In this document: positions 49,927-59,765 of the stretch, piece after piece
How positions within the stretch are numbered: the stretch's first letter is position 1
How the letters are laid out: the number at the start of each line of letters is the position of its first letter
NCBI GenBank assembly: GCA_965206595.1
Contig: OZ242214.1
Coordinates: 6,176,001-6,240,000, forward strand
Direction: 5' to 3'
Source: Candidatus Latescibacterota bacterium
GTDB taxonomy: Bacteria > Latescibacterota > UBA2968 > UBA8231
DNA: 64,000 nucleotides
Notes under the pieces: model-generated
The model's database searches: none
What the model saw: only the letters and a program-made list of their open reading frames with translations
What the model was told of the DNA's origin: nothing
Program-made: the position numbers and the translations under genes

Positions 49927-50685
49927 CTATGGCGCCGCACGCGGTCCGAAAATCGCCGTTCCTACCCGCACCATGCTGGCGCCCTCTTCAATGGCGATTT
50001 CGAAATCGCCGCTCATGCCCATGGAGAGAACCGACGCCTCGACGCCTTCGATAGCGGCCGCGGCCAGGTCCTCGAACAGGGAACGCACGCACCCGAAACA
50101 GGAGCGCAGGCGAGTCTCGTCCGAGGTGAACTCCGCGATCGTCATCAGGCCTAGAACCCGCAAGTGGGACATCCCGGCGACCTGTTCCGCCAAGGCCAGG
50201 GTCTCCTCGGGGGGGACACCCCCCTGCGCTGCAGCCCCGGAGCTGTTGATTTGAAGCAGCACGTCGAGTGAGCGCCCGGCCTGGACCGCGCGCTGTTGCA
50301 GGGTGGCGGCCAAACGGAGGCTGTCCACCGACTGCACGACATCGAAAATTTCCACGGCCCTGCCCGCCTTGTTCGACTGAAGGCGGCCGACCAGGTGCCA
50401 GGTGGCGGCAGATTGCACGAACCCCCGCTTCGATTCCGCCTCCTGGACCCGGTTTTCCCCCAAGTGGGTAACCCCGGCAGCAATCGCTGCCTCGACTTCC
50501 TCGGCGGAGCGGGATTTGCTGACGGCTACGAGCGTTACGGCACCAGGAGGCCTTCCGGAGCGAACCGCGGCGCGCGCGATTCGCTCCTCGACGCCTTGCA
50601 GATTGCGGGCAATCTCTTTCACGAAGGACTGTTTCGTCGAATAAACCGCAACACCCGAATGTAGGGATGCCTCCCTCGGGGGCAC
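49927..50685 (-). CDS. yggS: PLP homeostasis protein YggS
   Basis: LVAVSK, GENRVQEA, WHLVGRLQSNK, GLMTI, LSMGMSGDFEIAIEEGASMVRVGTAIFG. Start position uncertain. Confidence 0.93.
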   Translation of the reverse strand: MPPREASLHSGVAVYSTKQSFVKEIARNLQGVEERIARAAVRSGRPPGAVTLVAVSKSRSAEEVEAAIAAGVTHLGENRVQEAESKRGFVQSAATWHLVGRLQSNKAGRAVEIFDVVQSVDSLRLAATLQQRAVQAGRSLDVLLQINSSGAAAQGGVPPEETLALAEQVAGMSHLRVLGLMTIAEFTSDETRLRSCFGCVRSLFEDLAAAAIEGVEASVLSMGMSGDFEIAIEEGASMVRVGTAIFGPRAAP

Positions 50686-50814
50686 AATTTGAGCGCGACC
50701 CGGTCCAGGGAGCGGCTGCGGCCGGCGGCGGCAATTGAGGCCGGGTTTCAGCTGTCTACGCTGGTTTGGCTGCTCCCCCGGAGAAACGCAGGTCCGCGGT
50801 TGCCGAAGCGAGCT

Positions 50815-52170
50815 TCAGCGCTCGGCGTTCTCCGTGGGTTCGGCCGCGGATCCCAAGGAGGGCTCGGCTGGCTTTTCCGGGTCGAAGAAGGCCAGATCCC
50901 CAGGCGGCATGAGCAGCCGCCAGAGCGCCGGCAGCAGGACCACATACAGCAGCAAGTCGGCTATCGCGATTTGGCGCACCAGCTCGGAAAGGGGTGGGGC
51001 AAACAAGGAGGCGACGCCATCGGGCTGGAAGGCGACCTCGTACAGCAGCGCTCCCGCCGGCAACAGCAGCAGGCCGTGGCGACGGGAAAAAGCGTGGGGG
51101 GCCAGCGGCAGCGGATGCCAGGCCGAGGGTGCGAGCAGGCGGGCGGCCACCACCGCGAGGAGCTGCAGGAGCAGGAGCTCATACAGACCCGGAGCCCTGG
51201 AGGTCACCAGCTGGAAAGGATCGAGGGATGCGCCGGCGAGGGAAAAGAAAACCAGCCCCGCCGGGGAGCCGCCCGGCTCCAACATCTGGCGCAGACGGCC
51301 GGACCCGTCCAGTGCAGCGAGCGCCACCCCGGCGCCCAGCCCGGCGATCAGCGCAAACAGGTGGGCGTCGCGGACGAGAAGCGCAAGCAGCAGAAAGCCG
51401 GAGCTCAGCGCAACAACCGACGCCGTGCGCGTGCCCAGCAGCCGGAGCCGCCACAGCACCAGGGCCAGTGCGGGTCCGACTGCGGCCGAGGACCACAGCC
51501 GCAACAGAACCTGCCCGGCGCCGCTGGCGAACGAATCCTGTTGCGCAGCGAAGAGCAGGACGGCACTCAGCAGGATCAGGCTGAACCCGGCGCCGAGGGC
51601 AGCGGCCAGCACCGGTTCGTTTTTCCGGGTCAGCGTCGAAACGACGATCGGTCCCCAGAAGGTCGCCAGGGCCCCGATGGCAAGAGCGGATTCAACGGAG
51701 AGCCCGGCAAGCAGGATCGCCCCGCCTCCGAAAACGGCGGCCGTTCCCGCGGTCGACAGGAAGATCGCCAGAGGAAGGGGAGGTCGGCGCCGTTCCCAGC
51801 GCAGGTCCAGGCCGAGGCCGACTAGGCAACCCAGCCACAACGCCGCCACCGCGTAGACGAGACCGAGACTGCCAGAGGCAGCCGGCAGAACCGCCCGCAT
51901 CCCCCCTTGTCCGAGGATCAGTCCGGCGGCCATCCAGCCGACGACGTCGGGGACGGAGATGCTGCGGACCATCTGTTGAGCGACGAAGGCGAGCGCCAGG
52001 AGCAACCCGACAGACCACGCAGAGTCGATACCCGGTCGCGGTTCCGGCGTCACCATCGCCATGAAGAGCAGCAGGCAGACTACCGCCCAGCGGGAGTTAT
52101 GGGGAAATCGCGAAGGAATTCCTAGGGAGGACCTCGCCCTTCGCAATCCTCCGACTCCGATCTTTTTCAT
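50815..52170 (-). CDS. Multi-pass membrane protein, divergent cation:proton antiporter-like
   Basis: About 12 hydrophobic segments; VP.VVGW..AGLILG, VGLGLD, VFFSLAGASLD resemble CPA2 motifs. Confidence 0.55.
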   Translation of the reverse strand: MKKIGVGGLRRARSSLGIPSRFPHNSRWAVVCLLLFMAMVTPEPRPGIDSAWSVGLLLALAFVAQQMVRSISVPDVVGWMAAGLILGQGGMRAVLPAASGSLGLVYAVAALWLGCLVGLGLDLRWERRRPPLPLAIFLSTAGTAAVFGGGAILLAGLSVESALAIGALATFWGPIVVSTLTRKNEPVLAAALGAGFSLILLSAVLLFAAQQDSFASGAGQVLLRLWSSAAVGPALALVLWRLRLLGTRTASVVALSSGFLLLALLVRDAHLFALIAGLGAGVALAALDGSGRLRQMLEPGGSPAGLVFFSLAGASLDPFQLVTSRAPGLYELLLLQLLAVVAARLLAPSAWHPLPLAPHAFSRRHGLLLLPAGALLYEVAFQPDGVASLFAPPLSELVRQIAIADLLLYVVLLPALWRLLMPPGDLAFFDPEKPAEPSLGSAAEPTENAER

Positions 52171-52227
52171 CCGCCGGCCCTGGCAGGCAGGTATTCGCTC
52201 CGCGCATCCGGCGGGGAGCTAGCCAGC

Positions 52228-54894
52228 CTACCTGCCGCCGCGCTGCTGCCGCCGCGCCCGCTCCTGTCGCCGCTGCGAACGTTCGTGCCCGGCCAGGAGA
52301 ACCGGGCTGGCGACGAACACGGAGGAGTAGGTTCCTACCAGGATACCCACGGCGAGGGTAAGGGTGAAGTCGCGAATCACCTCGCCGCCCCATATCATCA
52401 GTACCCCGACGGCGATCAGGGTGGTCAACGATGTTACTACGGTGCGGCTCAGGCACTCGTTGATGCTGATGTTGAGGGTGTCCCCGAACTCGGTACGCGC
52501 GCCGCTGCGCAGGTTTTCGCGGATGCGGTCGAAGACGACGATGGTGTCGTTAAGCGAATACCCGACGATGGCGAGGATCGCCGCCACCACCGCGAGCGTG
52601 ATCTCGATGTCGAGAATCGAAAGCAGGCCGAGGGTTATGAGCACGTCGTGAGCGAGGGCGGCGACTGCGGCGATGCCGAACAGGAACTGTTTGAAGCGCC
52701 AGGCCATGTAGACGAGGATCAGCGCCAGCGACACGATCACGGCGCGAATCGCCGCCCCGGCCAGCTCCTCGCCGATCTTGGGACCGACCTTTTCCTGTCG
52801 CCTTACCCAGTCGGCCTCCTCGGCGATGTTGCTGCCCAGTCCCGACCTCAGAACCTGCTTGATGCCGTCGGCGACATCGGTGCCCACCTCCGATTCGGTG
52901 ACGCGAATCAGGATGTTCTCCGGCGCTCCGAACTGCTTGATCTCACTCGAGCTGTAGTCGCGGGTGCGGTCCCCGACCGGGACCGAGCCGAGATTGGACC
53001 TGATTTCCTCGACCGGAACCGCCGGTTCGAAACGCAGCTCGAGCAGGGTGCCCCCCGCAAAATCAATACCGGGAGTCAGCTTGTTGACCGCGGCCACCGA
53101 GACCAGGCCGAGGGCGAGCACCGCGGTGGACACGAGCATGGCGATCTTGCGGAAGTGGATGAAGGGAATGCTCAGGTTCGACAGCACCCCGACCGGGCCG
53201 ATGCTCAAAGACTCGACCCGCTCCCTGCCGGTGTACAGCTCGAAAAGGCTGCGGGTGATGACGAGGGCGGTGAATAGACTCGAGACGATCCCGACGCACA
53301 GGGTGAGTGCGAAGCCGCGGATCGGACCGGTTCCGAACTCGTAGAGTACGATGCCGACGATGAAGGTTGTGAGGTTTGCGTCGATGATGGCGGAGAGCGC
53401 GTTGCCGTAGCCGCTGTCGATCGCCGAGCGCACCGTCTTGCCGGAGCGCAGCTCCTCGCGGATGCGTTCGAAGATCAGAACGTTGGCGTCGACCGCCATT
53501 CCGATGGTCAGGATGATACCGGCGATTCCCGGCAGGGTCAGGGTGGCCGAGAAACCGGCGAGAACCGCAAACACGAAGAGGATGTTCAAGGCCAGGGCGA
53601 CGTTGGCGACGAGGCCGGCGAAGCGGTAGTAGAGGAGCATGAAAACGGCGACGATGGCCATGCTGATCACCGCGGCCACTCGCCCCTGGGCTATCGAGTC
53701 CTTCCCGAGAGAGGGGCCCACGGTGCGGTCCTCGATTACTTCGACCTTGGCCGGCAGGGCTCCGGCGCGCAGCACGATGGCGAGGTCCTTGGCTTCTTCC
53801 TCGTTGCTGAGACCGGTGATTTCCGCGCGCCCGGTCATGATCTTGGTCTGCAACACGGGCGCCATGTAGACGGCGCCGTCGAGGACGATGGCGAGCCGCT
53901 CCCCGATGTGGGCGCCTGTGATCTGACGGAAAAGGCGGACGCCGTCGTCCGTCGTCGACAAGCCGACGACCGGCTGCCCCAGGTTCTCGATCTGTTGGCT
54001 GATCTGGACCTGGGCATCCTCGATCATGTTGCCGGTCATCTCCGGTTTCTTGCGCACCAGGAACAGTTTGTGGAACCGCTGCCCCGGGACCCCTTCGGAT
54101 TTGCTGCTGAAAAGGAACTCCACGTCCTCTGGGATGAGGGCTTCGCCGCGGGGGTCTTCGATGTGGGCCTTGACCGCGGGGACGTCCTCGATCCGGATGA
54201 CGACGTCGTCGCCAAGGCCCTGCAGGAGCGACGACAGCTCGCGGTACCCGGGGTCTTCCTTCTCCGGCTCCTCGAACAGTCCCTCGGCATCCTCGGCACC
54301 GGTTTCGAACACGCTCACCGGCTCCTCCCCTGCTGCTGAGTCCGCCATTGCGGCTGCCTCCCCTTCGACTTCCGGTTCAGCGTCGCTCGCCGCGGCCGCG
54401 CTGTCTTCGCTGCCGACGGCGAGCAGGCCGCTTATGCGCTGCAGCAGGCGGTTGCGGTCCTCGACCGGCTCGACGAGCTGGAACTCGAGCAGGGCGGTCT
54501 GTCCGATCAGGTTCTTGGCGCGCTCGACGTCCTGCAGGCCAGGAAGCTCGACGATGATGCGGTTGACCCCCTGGCGCTGGATGGTCGGCTCGGCGACGCC
54601 GAACTGATCGACGCGGTTGCGGATGACCTCCTGTGCCCGCGCCACCGCATCCTGCGCCTCGTCGTCAGTCATCCCCTCGATATCAACTTCCATCACGAGA
54701 TGGATTCCCCCTTGCAGGTCGAGCCCGAGAGTTATCGCGCGTCCGTGGAGGTCGAAATACTCGCCGGGGGAATTGAGCTTCATCGTCTCGCGGCCCGCGC
54801 TCGACATCCCGTAGAAGTCGAGCGACGGATACAGGTGGAAAACGGCGATGGCGATCAACGCCAGACTCAGGAGAACCTTCCAGTTCTTTCTCAT
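52228..54894 (-). CDS. secDF: Fused protein translocase subunit SecDF
   Basis: LGLDLQGG, RVDQFGVAEP, VGPSLG, TLPGIAGIILTIGMAVDANVLIFERIREE, GIDFAGG, GYSLNDTIVVFDRIRE. Confidence 0.96.
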   Translation of the reverse strand: MRKNWKVLLSLALIAIAVFHLYPSLDFYGMSSAGRETMKLNSPGEYFDLHGRAITLGLDLQGGIHLVMEVDIEGMTDDEAQDAVARAQEVIRNRVDQFGVAEPTIQRQGVNRIIVELPGLQDVERAKNLIGQTALLEFQLVEPVEDRNRLLQRISGLLAVGSEDSAAAASDAEPEVEGEAAAMADSAAGEEPVSVFETGAEDAEGLFEEPEKEDPGYRELSSLLQGLGDDVVIRIEDVPAVKAHIEDPRGEALIPEDVEFLFSSKSEGVPGQRFHKLFLVRKKPEMTGNMIEDAQVQISQQIENLGQPVVGLSTTDDGVRLFRQITGAHIGERLAIVLDGAVYMAPVLQTKIMTGRAEITGLSNEEEAKDLAIVLRAGALPAKVEVIEDRTVGPSLGKDSIAQGRVAAVISMAIVAVFMLLYYRFAGLVANVALALNILFVFAVLAGFSATLTLPGIAGIILTIGMAVDANVLIFERIREELRSGKTVRSAIDSGYGNALSAIIDANLTTFIVGIVLYEFGTGPIRGFALTLCVGIVSSLFTALVITRSLFELYTGRERVESLSIGPVGVLSNLSIPFIHFRKIAMLVSTAVLALGLVSVAAVNKLTPGIDFAGGTLLELRFEPAVPVEEIRSNLGSVPVGDRTRDYSSSEIKQFGAPENILIRVTESEVGTDVADGIKQVLRSGLGSNIAEEADWVRRQEKVGPKIGEELAGAAIRAVIVSLALILVYMAWRFKQFLFGIAAVAALAHDVLITLGLLSILDIEITLAVVAAILAIVGYSLNDTIVVFDRIRENLRSGARTEFGDTLNISINECLSRTVVTSLTTLIAVGVLMIWGGEVIRDFTLTLAVGILVGTYSSVFVASPVLLAGHERSQRRQERARRQQRGGR

Positions 54895-54940
54895 CTTCTC
54901 ACGTATCCCATAGTTGCTTGTCCGCGAAATTGCCGGGACA

Positions 54941-55966
54941 CTACTCCAGCGGATTCAGCGGAAGTTTCATTTCCTCAAGGCGGCCGTCGAGGCCGGACGA
55001 TACCCGGTGGAGAACCGCCCCGTCCTCGATGTAGAAAATCACCGCCTCGGCCCTGGGGAGCGTCTCGACGAACTCGATACCCTCGACCGGTCCCATCACG
55101 AAGACCGCGGTCGCCAGGATATCGGCGTCGAGCGCGGTTTCCGTCCATACCGAGGCGCTGATCGCCCTTGCGGCGGGATACCCGGTGGCCGGGTCGAGCA
55201 GGTGGTGGTAGCGTCTGCCCTCGAACTCGAACGCCTGCTCGTAGTCTCCCGAAGTCGCAAGGGCCGGAAGTCCCACCTCTTCAGCTACCAGGTAGCGTTC
55301 GCGCTCCCTGGGATGCAGCAGGCCCAAGCGCCAGTCGCTGCCGTCCGGCTTGTCCCCCCAGTAGCGGATGTCGCCGCCGGCCTCGACGAGCCCCGCCTCG
55401 ACACCGGCCTCGCGCAGCGCCTCGACGGCGCGGTCGACGGCGTATCCCTTGGCCGATCCGCCGAGGTCGACGCGCATCTCCGGCGCCGCCAGGGCGATCC
55501 CGGAGGGGCCGACCTGCAACCGGCGGAAGTCGACCAGGGCACGCGCCGAGTCGACCCGTGACGAATCCGGCGGGACCGCGGCTTCGGGAAAGTTCCACAG
55601 CACCGTCAAAGGGCCGACGGTGGGGTCGTATGCCCCGCCGGTTCGGCGCGACCAGTAGAGACCCCGTTCCACCACGAACCGCAGTCCGGGCGCCTGGTCG
55701 TCGAGGCCGACACTGTCGGCGCTGTTGAGGCGACCGACGGCGCTGTCCGTCCGGTACCGGCTCAGCGACGAGTCGATGGCGTCGATCTCCCCTGCTGCCA
55801 GGGTGAAAAGCTCACCGGCTTCCTTCTCCGCGGCGTACATCGAAATGCGCACGACCGTGCCCATGGCGACATGGTGCTTCTCCACGGGAGGCGCGACTTC
55901 CGCGGGCGGCAGCAGTAGAAACAGGAAAAGCAGTCCCGCGCCGCCCAGAAGGATGCGCGCCCTCAA
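54941..55966 (-). CDS. apbE: FAD:protein FMN transferase ApbE
   Basis: AMGT, YDPTVGPL..LW, DLGGSAKGYAVD, GGD, ATSGDYE, YHHLLDP.TGYP, ADILATA. Confidence 0.93.
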   Translation of the reverse strand: MRARILLGGAGLLFLFLLLPPAEVAPPVEKHHVAMGTVVRISMYAAEKEAGELFTLAAGEIDAIDSSLSRYRTDSAVGRLNSADSVGLDDQAPGLRFVVERGLYWSRRTGGAYDPTVGPLTVLWNFPEAAVPPDSSRVDSARALVDFRRLQVGPSGIALAAPEMRVDLGGSAKGYAVDRAVEALREAGVEAGLVEAGGDIRYWGDKPDGSDWRLGLLHPRERERYLVAEEVGLPALATSGDYEQAFEFEGRRYHHLLDPATGYPAARAISASVWTETALDADILATAVFVMGPVEGIEFVETLPRAEAVIFYIEDGAVLHRVSSGLDGRLEEMKLPLNPLE

Positions 55967-55969
55967 ATC

Positions 55970-56938
55970 TCAATTTTCGCGTTCGACCACGAGGCGGGCC
56001 GCGGTTTCGAGGATGGCCAGCGGCACGGACGGCTCGAGACCCCGCAGGCACTCCCGCGCCATGCCTGCGTATCGGCGCGCCTCCTCGGCGGCCGAGCCGA
56101 GTCCGTCCCGCGCTTCGACGAAATGCACGACCTCCTGCCAGTCGGACTCCGCCTGCTCTTCGCGCCTGAGGATCGCCTCGATCCGCTGGCGCTCGCTGTC
56201 GCCGGCCGCGGCGAGGGCGCGAATCAGCGGCAGGGTGATCTTGCCCTCGCGCAAATCGGAGCCGACCGGTTTCCCCATGGTGTCGGCGTCACCCGTGAAA
56301 TCGAGCATGTCGTCGGCGATCTGAAAGGCGAGCCCGAGGTACTCGCCGTACTTGCCCAGTGCCTCGGCTGTACGCGTCGGCGCCCCGGCGATCAAGGGAC
56401 CGATCTTGCAGGAGGCGGCGATCAGCGACGCGGTCTTGTCCCCCACCATGGCGAAATAGGAGGACTCTCTCGTGTCGCGCTGCAGCGAGATCTGGGACTC
56501 GTGGATTTCTCCCTGGATGAGACGTTCCGTGGCCCTGGAAACCGCGGCCAGGGCATCGCGGTTGCCGAGGTCGACGAGCAGGGAGAGCGACCGGGCGAAC
56601 AGAAAGTCGCCGATCATCACCGCGGTGTGGTCGCTCCACTTCGAGTTGACGGACGGTTTGCCCCGCCGCGTCTCGGCGCGGTCGACGACATCGTCGTGGA
56701 TCATGGTGGCGGCGTGGATCATCTCGACCGCGACTCCAGCGTCGATGACGCGATCGTCCCACGAGCCGGTCGCCTTGGTGCAGACCACGGCGAGAGCCGG
56801 CCGCAGCCTCTTCCCCTTGAGGGTGGCCATGTAGCGGGCAACCTGGTTCACCATTTCGACATCCGACCGCAACATCTCGTCGAGGCGGCGTTCGAAGATG
56901 TCGATCTCTTTCTGGATGGGGCCGAGCAGCTGGTCCAT
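55970..56938 (-). CDS. Polyprenyl diphosphate synthase (IspB/HepT-like)
   Basis: GKRLRP, EMIHAATMIHDDVVD...RRG, GDFL, KTASL, AFQIADDMLD, GKPVGSDLREGK. Confidence 0.93.
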   Translation of the reverse strand: MDQLLGPIQKEIDIFERRLDEMLRSDVEMVNQVARYMATLKGKRLRPALAVVCTKATGSWDDRVIDAGVAVEMIHAATMIHDDVVDRAETRRGKPSVNSKWSDHTAVMIGDFLFARSLSLLVDLGNRDALAAVSRATERLIQGEIHESQISLQRDTRESSYFAMVGDKTASLIAASCKIGPLIAGAPTRTAEALGKYGEYLGLAFQIADDMLDFTGDADTMGKPVGSDLREGKITLPLIRALAAAGDSERQRIEAILRREEQAESDWQEVVHFVEARDGLGSAAEEARRYAGMARECLRGLEPSVPLAILETAARLVVEREN

Positions 56939-57094
56939 GTAGGGTCGGGAAATGCCGCGAAACGGGGCCGGCAATCGGCGCCGGCATCGCGAAACAGCGT
57001 CTGAATTGCGGAGTAATTTGGTAATTAAAAGAAAGACAGATAGGTGGAGTGTCAAAAAGGGTGCGTACAGCCGTCCTCCGGCCGCGGTCCGGTG

Positions 57095-58261
57095 TCACAG
57101 ATCGGGGTACATGCGCCCCCGGTTGAGGATCGAGCGGGGATCGAGGGCTTTCTTCAGCGCCCTGTTGGCAGCCATCAGCGGCGGCGGAAGGGGTGTGAAG
57201 GCTTGGCTGTTGTCGTCCTGAGGGCCGGTAGAGAACCGCCATGCTCCACCCCCGCAGTCGAGGGCGCTGGCGTGCAGGGCGGCCCCGTCGCAGGCGGAAC
57301 GCATCAAGGCCCACACGGTGGCCCCGGCCTGGTCGAGGCCGCAGCGCACCAATCCCTGCGGCCGCAGCCGTTCGATCAGGGAAACCGCTGCGCTCGGGGG
57401 AACCGAAAAGCGCCACAGCTCCTCGCCGGCCCCAGGTTGCATTGCCGAGAGCTCGCGGATTTCCCCCCAGGTCCGGCGGGACTGGTCGGCATCCAGTATC
57501 CCGGCGGCGCTTCCGGTCTCCCGCGCCAGTGCTTCCGCCTGCTCCACAACCGCTGCCTCCAGTCCCTCGACGCGGGCGAAGGTGCGGTTGTCCTCGCCGC
57601 CTGCCGGGAACCAGGCCAGGCCGCTGATTTCGCAGGGAAGACGGGCCCACGACATCAGTGTTTCCGCCGCCTCGCCGATGCCGAGCCCTTCAATGGGTAC
57701 GGTGCGCTCGCTCTGCGGCCGCGGCCACAGCTTCAGGCAGATCTCGGTCAGCACTCCGAGAGTCCCGAAGGATCCGGTAAGTGCGCGGGGCAGGTCGTAG
57801 CCGGTGACGTTCTTGACAACCTTGCCGCCGGCGCGCACGAGCTCCCCCCGGCCGTCGACGAACTCGATCCCGAGGACGAAATCGCGGGCGGCCCCGGCCT
57901 TGAAACGCCGCGGTCCGGAAATGCCAATGGCGATCGTGCCGCCGAGCGTTGCTGCGGGGGACCAGTGCGGCGGCTCGAAGGAAAGGTGCTGGCCGCGCTC
58001 GGCGAGGAGCTGCTCCAGGGCGGCCAGTCTCATTCCGGGCCGCGCGACGACTATCAGCTCGTCCGGCTCGTAGCTCACGAGGCCGTCCAGCCCGGACAGC
58101 TCCAGCCGGTCCCCCTGCAGTCCTCCGCGGCCGAGAAAGGAACGCGTGCCGTTGCCGGCGATCACCAGGCTGCGCCCGCGGGCGGCCGCCTGGCGCACCG
58201 TCTCGGCCAGCTCTTCCGGATCTCCCGGCAGCGGTTCCCGCGCGCGAGTCGCCTGGGTCAT
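57095..58261 (-). CDS. glcE: Glycolate oxidase FAD-binding subunit GlcE
   Basis: YEPDEL, FEPP, ATLGG, SGPRR, GGKVVKNVTGYDL, GSFGTLG, LKKALDP..ILNRGR. Confidence 0.9.
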   Translation of the reverse strand: MTQATRAREPLPGDPEELAETVRQAAARGRSLVIAGNGTRSFLGRGGLQGDRLELSGLDGLVSYEPDELIVVARPGMRLAALEQLLAERGQHLSFEPPHWSPAATLGGTIAIGISGPRRFKAGAARDFVLGIEFVDGRGELVRAGGKVVKNVTGYDLPRALTGSFGTLGVLTEICLKLWPRPQSERTVPIEGLGIGEAAETLMSWARLPCEISGLAWFPAGGEDNRTFARVEGLEAAVVEQAEALARETGSAAGILDADQSRRTWGEIRELSAMQPGAGEELWRFSVPPSAAVSLIERLRPQGLVRCGLDQAGATVWALMRSACDGAALHASALDCGGGAWRFSTGPQDDNSQAFTPLPPPLMAANRALKKALDPRSILNRGRMYPDL

Positions 58262-58264
58262 CCC

Positions 58265-59749
58265 TCAGAAACGCTCGAGCCCGGGAAAGGAGAGTTTCCC
58301 CCCGTGCACGTGCATGCGCCCTTCCGCGCAGCGCCGGAGCACGGGATACACCTTTCCCGGATTCAACAGGTGGCTGGGATCGAACTCCGCCTTGACGCGC
58401 TCCTGGGCGTCGAGGTCGGAGTCCCCGAACATGCAGGGCATGAGGTCCCTCTTCTCGATGCCGACGCCGTGCTCTCCCGTCAGCACGCCCCCGACGGCGA
58501 CGCAGAGCTTGAGGATCTCGGCGCCGAGATCCTCGGCTGTCTCCAGCTGTCCGGGCTGGTTGCCGTCGTAGAGGACGAGCGGATGCAGGTTGCCGTCCCC
58601 GGCGTGAAAGACGTTGGCCACGGCGAGACCGTACAATTCCGAAAGCTCCTGGATGCGGCTCAGGACCTCCGGCAGGCGCCCCCTCGGAATGGTGCCGTCC
58701 ATGCAGTAGTAATCCGGAGTGATCCTGCCCATCGCCGGGAACGCCGCCTTGCGGCCCGTCCACAGCTGCAGCCGCTCCGCCTCGTTCGCCGACTTCTTCA
58801 TCTGCCCCGCCCCTGCGGCCAGCAGCAGCTCTTCGAGCCGCGGAAACTGGGCCTCGACCTCGGCGCGGGGACCGTCGAGCTCGACGAGCAGCAGCGACTC
58901 GACCCCGCGCGGGTACCCGCACCCGAGAAAGTCCTCGACCGCTTCTATCGCCAGCCGGTCCATGATCTCCATACCCGCGGGAACCATACCGGAAGCTATG
59001 ATGTCGGCGACCGCGCGCCCGGCGGCCTGCACGCTGTCGAATACCACCATGACGGCGCGCGCCGTCTCCGGCTTCGGCAGAATGCGCAGCGTCGCCTGCG
59101 TGATGAGGCCGAGAAGGCCCTCCGATCCCGTCATCAGGGCCAACAGGTCGTAGCCGTTGCGCTCCAGCCCCTTGCCGCCGATCTCGACGACCTTCCCATC
59201 CGCCAGCACGATATGCAGTCCGAGGACGTTGTTGGTCGTCGTGCCGTACTTGAGGCAGTGCACGCCGCCGGAGTTCTCGGCGATGTTGCCCCCGATCGTG
59301 CAGGCGAGCTGGCTCGAAGGATCCGGGGCGTAGTAGAACCCCCGGTGCTGGACCGCATGGGTCACCCCGAGGTTGGTCACCCCCGGCTCGACCGTGACCG
59401 TGCGGTTGTCGTAGTCGATGTCGAGGATGCGGTTCATCGCCGCCATGCTGACGACGACGCCGTCCTGCAGCGGCAGGGCGCCCCCCGACAGTCCGGTGCC
59501 GGCCCCCCAGGGGACGATCGGGATGCCGATGTCGCAACAGGTTTTCATCAGGCCGGAAACCTGTTGCGACGAGCGGGGCAGGACGACGGCCATGGGAACC
59601 TGGCGGTACGCCGACAGGGCGTCGCATTCGTAGGCAACCAGATCCTCCTGCCGGTGGATGACCTGGCTTTCGTCGAGGAGCCCGCGGAGTCTGCGCACGA
59701 GCTCGTCGCGGCGCTGCAGGCGGGCGGGATCGGGTTGCGGCAGCTGCAT
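58265..59749 (-). CDS. glcD: Glycolate oxidase subunit GlcD
   Basis: YECDAL, GAGTGLSGGA, YAPDPSSQ.ACTIGGN.AENSGG.HCLKYG, GSEGLLG, VFHAGDGNLHP, GEHGVG.EK, LNPGK. Confidence 0.93.
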   Translation of the reverse strand: MQLPQPDPARLQRRDELVRRLRGLLDESQVIHRQEDLVAYECDALSAYRQVPMAVVLPRSSQQVSGLMKTCCDIGIPIVPWGAGTGLSGGALPLQDGVVVSMAAMNRILDIDYDNRTVTVEPGVTNLGVTHAVQHRGFYYAPDPSSQLACTIGGNIAENSGGVHCLKYGTTTNNVLGLHIVLADGKVVEIGGKGLERNGYDLLALMTGSEGLLGLITQATLRILPKPETARAVMVVFDSVQAAGRAVADIIASGMVPAGMEIMDRLAIEAVEDFLGCGYPRGVESLLLVELDGPRAEVEAQFPRLEELLLAAGAGQMKKSANEAERLQLWTGRKAAFPAMGRITPDYYCMDGTIPRGRLPEVLSRIQELSELYGLAVANVFHAGDGNLHPLVLYDGNQPGQLETAEDLGAEILKLCVAVGGVLTGEHGVGIEKRDLMPCMFGDSDLDAQERVKAEFDPSHLLNPGKVYPVLRRCAEGRMHVHGGKLSFPGLERF

Positions 59750-59765
59750 ACGGCGAACGCGAAGA

